Below the pieces are notes generated by a model. The model worked only from the letters and a program-made list of their open reading frames with translations. It searched no databases and was not told the origin of the DNA. This document shows positions 58,599 to 64,000 of a stretch of DNA of 64,000 nucleotides, piece after piece. Position 1 is the first letter of the stretch, and every line of letters starts with the position of its first letter. Position numbers and translations under genes: made by a program. The DNA lies in the NCBI GenBank assembly GCA_013812505.1, contig JACCTH010000021.1, forward strand, positions 24,104 through 88,103. The letters run 5' to 3'. Source of the stretch: Acidimicrobiia bacterium. GTDB lineage: Bacteria; Actinomycetota; Acidimicrobiia; Spongiisociales; ZC4RG35.

Positions 58599-59087
58599 CT
58601 AGGGGCAGCGGGCTACGCTGGGGTTCCAGTCCATGAAGGTTCCGCTGGGGTTGGCCTTCCAGATCCAGGCATGCAGCACCCACACTCCGAGAGCCGCGTT
58701 CAGGTGGAATGGCCGTCCGAAGAGGACCGGCGGATTCAACGGGTCGACGAAGTCTCCGGGGACGATGTACTCGACCGCCACGAGAGTGAGTTGACCACTG
58801 CGCCCCACCTCGTAGACGAGGGACTCGGGCTGCAGGGCCGAGACGCCGGCGTCGAGAAGGCTCAGATTGACGTAATGCTGGCCCATGCCTCCGGCCTCTG
58901 AGTCGAAGCATTCGAGGAATGCCTCGTAGCCCTGACTCTCAGCTGCGGCCACGTCGCGGTAGGGCGCGGTGGCATCTTTCAACTCGCGGAGGCCGGGCTC
59001 GTTGCGCGCTGCCGATGCCATCAAAGCCGTACCAACGAGAGACAGCGTGAGCAGGAGGCCGATGGCAACCTTCCCCCGCCGCGTCAC
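58599..59087 (-). CDS. Small secreted protein with GMGQHY / PESLVYE / VAVEY / LHAW motifs
   Basis: GGAGG SD, signal peptide RRGKVAIGLLLTLSLVGTALMASAA, conserved-looking His/Met motifs and a terminal Cys. Confidence 0.7.
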   Translation of the reverse strand: MTRRGKVAIGLLLTLSLVGTALMASAARNEPGLRELKDATAPYRDVAAAESQGYEAFLECFDSEAGGMGQHYVNLSLLDAGVSALQPESLVYEVGRSGQLTLVAVEYIVPGDFVDPLNPPVLFGRPFHLNAALGVWVLHAWIWKANPSGTFMDWNPSVARCP

Positions 59088-59246
59088 CAAGACCCTCCAA
59101 CGTAGAAGTTGCAAAAGGTCTTTTCGACCTTCTTGCTTCGCATAGCTTCCTCCGATCTGGGCCAGCGGTTCCGGCCCCAACAAAACGTATGGAATAGGTG
59201 ACTTCCCCACATCGGGCGCCTTCCCTATGCCAGCGAGTGATCGTCC

Positions 59247-61781
59247 CTATTTTTGGATCAGGCCCAATTGGCCAGCCCGAGCTATTGCTTTGGCTCTGGT
59301 GGAAGCTCCAATTTTTCCCATCACCGCCGCCACGTGATGCTCGGCGGTCTTCTTGCTGATGAAGAGTCGCTCGGCGATGTCGCCGTTGTCGAGACCGTCA
59401 CACATCAATCGGAGAACCTCTAATTGTCGAGGCGTCAAACCGAGCGGATTCGCCCGTGTTTCTGATCGCGGGCCCCGAGGAATCTTCTCAACTCCCCGTT
59501 CGCGGAGACGGGCCCGAAGCCAAGCCGACGCCGGTTTCGCTTCAAGTTCGTCGACGATCGAAAGAGCCCGCAGCATCGCCACCTCGTCGCCGTCGGCCAA
59601 AGCGAGGGCTTCTTCGTAGGGGCACCCGATTGTCCGCCAAGCCGCGGCTGCTCCAGCCCAGTCGCCCGACATGTGGAGGGCAAAAGGCTCGGCCGCATGG
59701 TCTTGGGCCGTGGCGCCCGCCTTCCACATCCAAAAACCCACCTCGCCCCGCGCCCACGGGCTGTCGGCGCCGACAGCCTTGCCAAAAACCCAGCCGAGAA
59801 TCTCGGGAATCTCCCTGCTCCTGCCTTCGAGCCAGGCGAGCTCGGCCAAACCGCAGAGAGGAGGCCAGAGGTGCTGCATCTCTCCGCCCTTCCCGATCTC
59901 GAGCGCTTGCTCGAGTGTCGCACGTCCTCTGGAATCGCCCCGACGAACTCGAACCCGGCCAAGGGAACCGAGAGCAGTCACCGGCCCGATCGGTCCCCCG
60001 CCAGGTCTCCCAGCCATGACCTGCTCGGCGAAAACGACCGCCTCATGCCACCTGCCTTGCTCGAATGCGATGCGGGCGAGCCAAGCGCGGTCGTAGGCCA
60101 CCGAATAGTCCTGGTCGTGGTTGAGACCCAGAACGACCGCTTCTTCTAGGGCCGCCACGGCTTCTTCATACAAGCGCGCCTCCCCGCCGCCCGAGCCGAG
60201 CTGCAAGAGCGCGGTCTGGATCAGATGCACGTCTCCACGCTCTTCGCCCATCCGACGCGCCCGCTTGAGCAGCCGGACTCCTTCGACCGGCTCCCCGGTG
60301 ACAATCTCGACACAGCCCAAATTGATCAGACATGAGGCAACGTGAGGCTCGGAACCGAGCTCTTCGCTCAGCATCGACAGCCAAGCCGACATGGAGAGAG
60401 CCTGGGCGAGGTCGAGGCTCGATCCCGTCGGCTCGAGCAAGGCTTTGTCTTCATCGGCGCTGATCCGGGCTGCACTGGGCATAAACACCGTCCATTGCGC
60501 GCCGGCAAGCTGGATCAACGCCCGCGCCAAAGCCACACTGTCTCCGGCCAGTCGATAGTGCCTCGCCGCGAGGAGGGTCTGCTCGAGAGCTTCGCCCTGA
60601 CGATCGAGAATCCGATAACTGCGACCCAACTCCAATCGAACTTCGGCCACGGCCGCGGGGTCGAGATGCTGCGGATGGGTTAGCACCAGCTCCCAGAACT
60701 CAGCCGCTTCGCGATACGCGCCCCGGCGAAGAGCTTCCCGCGCTGCCGCTGGCGCGAACTCGGCAACGCGTGGCCCATCCTCGGCACGGCCAGCGTGATG
60801 GGTCAGCCGGGAAACGTCAACCGATCCTTGCTCGACGAGCAGTCCGATCATTCGCCGATGCATCTCCAGGCGACGGGCTCCGGGAATCGCATCTTCGACG
60901 GCGGCCCGGGCGAGCTCGTGCCGGAAGCGCAGCCTCTCACTGGTCCCGAGCAAAACACCGGCAGTAGTGGCTTCGTCGACATCTGCGGTCTCGACTTCGG
61001 CCAGCGCTTTGGCAAAGTCGATCTCCAACTCTCTCGGGGCAATCGAGACGGCTTCGACAATTCGGCGCGGACCTTCGCCCAGACGGCGAACTCGCGCCAG
61101 CACCGCGTCCTGAACCGAGGTCGGGAGATGGTCGCCAGCGGCCAAGACCTCGGTGACGAAGAATGCGTTCCCGTCGGTCTGCGAGTGCAACTTGGCAGCC
61201 TCATCCGCCGGATACTGACTCAGCACTTGCATCGCGGCGACGCTCAGCGGAGGAACCGCGAGGCGCCAAGTCGAACCTTTGCTGGCGAGCTCGCCCAGCA
61301 CGCTGCGCAGTGGATGATGCGGGCCGACTTCGTCATCCCGGTAGGTACAAACTGCCATTGACTTGGTTTGTTCGATCCGACGACCCAGGAAACGAAGAAA
61401 GTCGAGGGTCCCGTCGTCGGCCCAATGAACATCTTCGATTACGAGCACAATCGGGCGCGAGGTCACGCGCAGCCGGTCAAGGAATCCGGCGAAGAGAGCA
61501 AAGCGATCCTGCTCCGACCCGGCCAAGTGACCGAGCCCAGAATGAGGATCGGCGAGGACGTCGAGCAACGGGCTAAGTGGTCTTGGAGTCGTGAGGGGAT
61601 CGCAGGCTCCCCAGAGAACAAGCGCCTTCGGCCCCACGCGTTTCTCAAATTCACGCACCACCGAGGTCTTTCCCGCTCCGGCCTCGCCAGTGAGGAGGAC
61701 CAACACCCCTTGCCCGGAGGCCGCGGTTGTTACCCCTTGCGCAAGCTGGTCGAGCAGCGAATCGCGTTCAAGCAGAGCCAT
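59247..61781 (-). CDS. LuxR-family STAND ATPase regulator (AAA_16, TPR-like, HTH)
   Basis: LLERD, GEAGAGKT, IEDVHWAD, GNAFFV, FRHEL; C-terminal LTPRQLEVL...IAERLFISKKTAEHHV. Confidence 0.93.
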   Translation of the reverse strand: MALLERDSLLDQLAQGVTTAASGQGVLVLLTGEAGAGKTSVVREFEKRVGPKALVLWGACDPLTTPRPLSPLLDVLADPHSGLGHLAGSEQDRFALFAGFLDRLRVTSRPIVLVIEDVHWADDGTLDFLRFLGRRIEQTKSMAVCTYRDDEVGPHHPLRSVLGELASKGSTWRLAVPPLSVAAMQVLSQYPADEAAKLHSQTDGNAFFVTEVLAAGDHLPTSVQDAVLARVRRLGEGPRRIVEAVSIAPRELEIDFAKALAEVETADVDEATTAGVLLGTSERLRFRHELARAAVEDAIPGARRLEMHRRMIGLLVEQGSVDVSRLTHHAGRAEDGPRVAEFAPAAAREALRRGAYREAAEFWELVLTHPQHLDPAAVAEVRLELGRSYRILDRQGEALEQTLLAARHYRLAGDSVALARALIQLAGAQWTVFMPSAARISADEDKALLEPTGSSLDLAQALSMSAWLSMLSEELGSEPHVASCLINLGCVEIVTGEPVEGVRLLKRARRMGEERGDVHLIQTALLQLGSGGGEARLYEEAVAALEEAVVLGLNHDQDYSVAYDRAWLARIAFEQGRWHEAVVFAEQVMAGRPGGGPIGPVTALGSLGRVRVRRGDSRGRATLEQALEIGKGGEMQHLWPPLCGLAELAWLEGRSREIPEILGWVFGKAVGADSPWARGEVGFWMWKAGATAQDHAAEPFALHMSGDWAGAAAAWRTIGCPYEEALALADGDEVAMLRALSIVDELEAKPASAWLRARLRERGVEKIPRGPRSETRANPLGLTPRQLEVLRLMCDGLDNGDIAERLFISKKTAEHHVAAVMGKIGASTRAKAIARAGQLGLIQK

Positions 61782-62709
61782 TTAGGCAAGCTTTGTGCAG
61801 CATGGCGAGGAAGGCGGTTCGGTCCACATCGGTAGTGATTCTCGCCTTCTGGTCGCTGCCGCTTTGATCTGACCAATCGATCTCGTCTCTCCCTCGGTCG
61901 GTCCCGACTAGGACGTCGAGATGATGCTCCTCGAACCGGGCGATGTCAGGTTCGATCGCCACTGCCATCGCAATCGGGTCGGGGAGGTCGAAACCGGCCA
62001 AACCCGACTGCTCCCTGGCGTAAACATCGACCTTGGCTTGGATATCCACACAGAACCTCCCCAAGGGACCGACCTCGGCCAGCTCCTTTGCCTCGGCAGG
62101 TCCGAAGGCGGCGAAGCGGACCGACATGTCCCAGCCAACCATCGTGATCGGCATTGCCGAGCGAACGACGACGCGAGCCGCCTCGGGGTCGGCCCAGAAG
62201 TTGTACTCGGCGGTAGCGGTGATGTTGCCTGTGCCCGAGCCGGCACCCCCCATCACAAAACAATGTCTAACTAATTGGGCGATGCGTGGCTCAATGGCCA
62301 AAGCCGCGGCCACATTGGTGAGCGGGCCAAGGGCGACAAGGGTCATCTCCCTGGGGGTTCCAACAATGGTTTCGATCATCACCTCGACCGCATCCCCCGC
62401 GGCGGGCGCCCGACCGTGGAGAGGTAGTCCGATGTCGCCCATCCCGTCCTCGCCGTGGACGAATTGGGCGGTGACCAGGGGCCGGACCAGAGGCGCTGCG
62501 CGGCCCGCGAAGACCGGCACCGCCGACCGGCAAAGGTCACGGGTGTAGAGCGCATTTTGAACCGCGTTGTCGAGAGGCACGTTTCCTGCCACCACGGTGA
62601 TTACCTCGACAGTGATCGATGGTTCGCGGAGCGCCAGCACCAAGGCCACCGCATCATCGGAGGCGGTGTCAGTGTCGATCAGAAAGCGCTGGGTCGGGAG
62701 GCCATCCAT
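61768..62709 (-). CDS. Inosine-uridine preferring nucleoside hydrolase family protein
   Basis: DTDTASDDA, VAGN, HGEDG, LGPLTN, MGG, AEYNFWADPEAA, PDP. Confidence 0.93.
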   Translation of the reverse strand: MDGLPTQRFLIDTDTASDDAVALVLALREPSITVEVITVVAGNVPLDNAVQNALYTRDLCRSAVPVFAGRAAPLVRPLVTAQFVHGEDGMGDIGLPLHGRAPAAGDAVEVMIETIVGTPREMTLVALGPLTNVAAALAIEPRIAQLVRHCFVMGGAGSGTGNITATAEYNFWADPEAARVVVRSAMPITMVGWDMSVRFAAFGPAEAKELAEVGPLGRFCVDIQAKVDVYAREQSGLAGFDLPDPIAMAVAIEPDIARFEEHHLDVLVGTDRGRDEIDWSDQSGSDQKARITTDVDRTAFLAMLHKACLNGSA

Positions 62710-63521
62710 TCGGCTGTACGCGTAGGCCATTGAATTAGATCCGTCAAGCGCTCAATCGCGCTCAGGGACGCCGGTCTGTCGGCGGCTTCGATCCGGACTT
62801 GGGGACCAGATTTGACGAATCTATTGCCGGCCAGGATCGGAGGCAACGCCAAACGACTCGGGTCGACTCCTGTGAGCGAGCGACCGAGCGCCGACACCCC
62901 GACCTCCAAGGGAGCTTCCGTGAGCTTTTCGTAGCTGACGATCACTCGTTGTGATCGTGGATGGGTCAAGTAGATCAGCCACGATTGCAGGCTCACCAAG
63001 AGCAAGTACAGGTTGAAGGAAACTGCACCCTTGTCGCCCGTTCGCCGGAACGAGTGGGCCACCGAACTGGGCCGCCTGACCAGATAGACCAACCGCACTC
63101 TCCGTCTTCCCAGGAGCCGCCGCAGGGTCTGGGCCCGCCGGGGATAGTGCGAACTGTCAACCACAGTCGTACATCTGCTAACGCCGGCCACCGCCTCCAA
63201 AACCCCCAGCGTCAAAGCTTCATATCCGACGCGGAGTCGTCCGTGTGCAGCGCCGCGCCCAATTCCGGCCGGGTGCTCAAAGAGCCGCTTATAGAAACGG
63301 GCTGCAGGCGCCGGCTCACCGACCCTAGCGCGAACGGTTTCCCAGAACTCCTGGCTGTGCTCGATCGAACTGAGGCCATCCCGCTCAGGCCAATCGCAGA
63401 GCTCGCCCGCATAGAACACGTTCTCGGCCTGGCCGATGAGAACGCCGAGCAGAGTGCTCCCCGAGCGGGCGGCGCCCATGATGTACACGACTTGAGGCCC
63501 ACTCGCCTCCGACCGACTCAG
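62679..63521 (-). CDS. Sulfotransferase family protein (probable CTG start at 63521)
   Basis: PQVVYIMGAARSGSTLL PAPS loop, GEL, VVDSS, LVRRPSSVAHS, SYEKL. Confidence 0.85.
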   Translation of the reverse strand: MSRSEASGPQVVYIMGAARSGSTLLGVLIGQAENVFYAGELCDWPERDGLSSIEHSQEFWETVRARVGEPAPAARFYKRLFEHPAGIGRGAAHGRLRVGYEALTLGVLEAVAGVSRCTTVVDSSHYPRRAQTLRRLLGRRRVRLVYLVRRPSSVAHSFRRTGDKGAVSFNLYLLLVSLQSWLIYLTHPRSQRVIVSYEKLTEAPLEVGVSALGRSLTGVDPSRLALPPILAGNRFVKSGPQVRIEAADRPASLSAIERLTDLIQWPTRTAEWMASRPSAF

Positions 63522-64000
63522 AGGCGATCAAAGACACTGACCCGCGCGGCCGTGTCTCGCTCACCGGATTCCAACGTGTCCACAACGATGGTGAGCCCAT
63601 CATCGGCCCCGACCTTGTGCCGGCCCTTCCGGTTCCCCTGCCGCAGGCGATTCGAGATCGGAGTGATAATCAACAATGACAGGACCAGGGCAACGACGCC
63701 GGCCAACGCGGTGCGCTGCAAGCGGGGCGTGTCGTCGACAAAAGCGTTCACCTCTCGGCTGGTGATCAGGTTTTCGACGTTATTGACCGTACGGTAGTCG
63801 AACTCGGCCCGGTCGTAGTTAATGGTGGCTTGCTGCCAGGCCGTTTGGGCGAGCTGCAGATCGGTGGACAGTTGTTGGTGCGTGAGCATCGCTTCGCCGA
63901 GCCGAGGCAGCTCCGCTTCAATCTGATCGCGTTCCGCTTCCAGTTGGGCCAGGTAGGACTCACCGTAGAGCAGCGCTTCTCCGGTGGTGATCTGTTGGTT
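63518..64000 (-). CDS. C-terminal part of a coiled-coil membrane protein (polysaccharide co-polymerase-like); 5' end outside window
   Basis: Frame is open to the window end; coiled-coil followed by TM (TALAGVVALVLSLLII); sits upstream of the sulfotransferase. Confidence 0.55.
   Translation of the reverse strand, partial: NQQITTGEALLYGESYLAQLEAERDQIEAELPRLGEAMLTHQQLSTDLQLAQTAWQQATINYDRAEFDYRTVNNVENLITSREVNAFVDDTPRLQRTALAGVVALVLSLLIITPISNRLRQGNRKGRHKVGADDGLTIVVDTLESGERDTAARVSVFDRL

Noticed and set aside
1-64000. tRNA, rRNA, riboswitch, IS transposase, integrase or prophage
   Set aside because: No recognisable signatures by eye, and intergenic gaps are mostly too short. A tRNAscan/Infernal run would be needed to exclude small RNAs.

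Overview
GC-rich (roughly 60-70%) bacterial chromosomal window, most likely from an actinobacterium; Acidimicrobiia-like is an inference from gene content and pervasive leaderless TANNNT promoters. The left third is a dispersed purine cluster (purA 3' end, purD, purE, purB, purC, purS, purQ, purL, purF, purM; no purK/purN/purH) interrupted by accessory genes. Next come paaABCDE with a PaaR-type TetR and a perfect 32-bp operator palindrome, an ABC-2 exporter, and three DNA glycosylases. An uncharacterised amine/N-demethylation-type cluster follows (Rieske oxygenase, GcvT-like, PYROXD2-like FAD enzyme, acyl-CoA dehydrogenase, NDP-forming acyl-CoA ligase, TetRs), broken by a head-to-head deletion junction. 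The window ends with a LuxR-STAND cassette and the edge of a polysaccharide/sulfotransferase locus. I see no rRNA, tRNA, CRISPR array, transposase or integrase. The most notable signals are: (1) an AbiEi/DUF559-type nuclease gene bracketed by 50-bp inverted ends made of two hairpin modules, with related two-hairpin repeats (constant 18-nt centre spacing) scattered through intergenic DNA, a candidate REP/nuclease system without a RAYT; (2) five genes whose conserved N-termini appear to require CTG initiation, three of them through CTGA stop/start overlaps.
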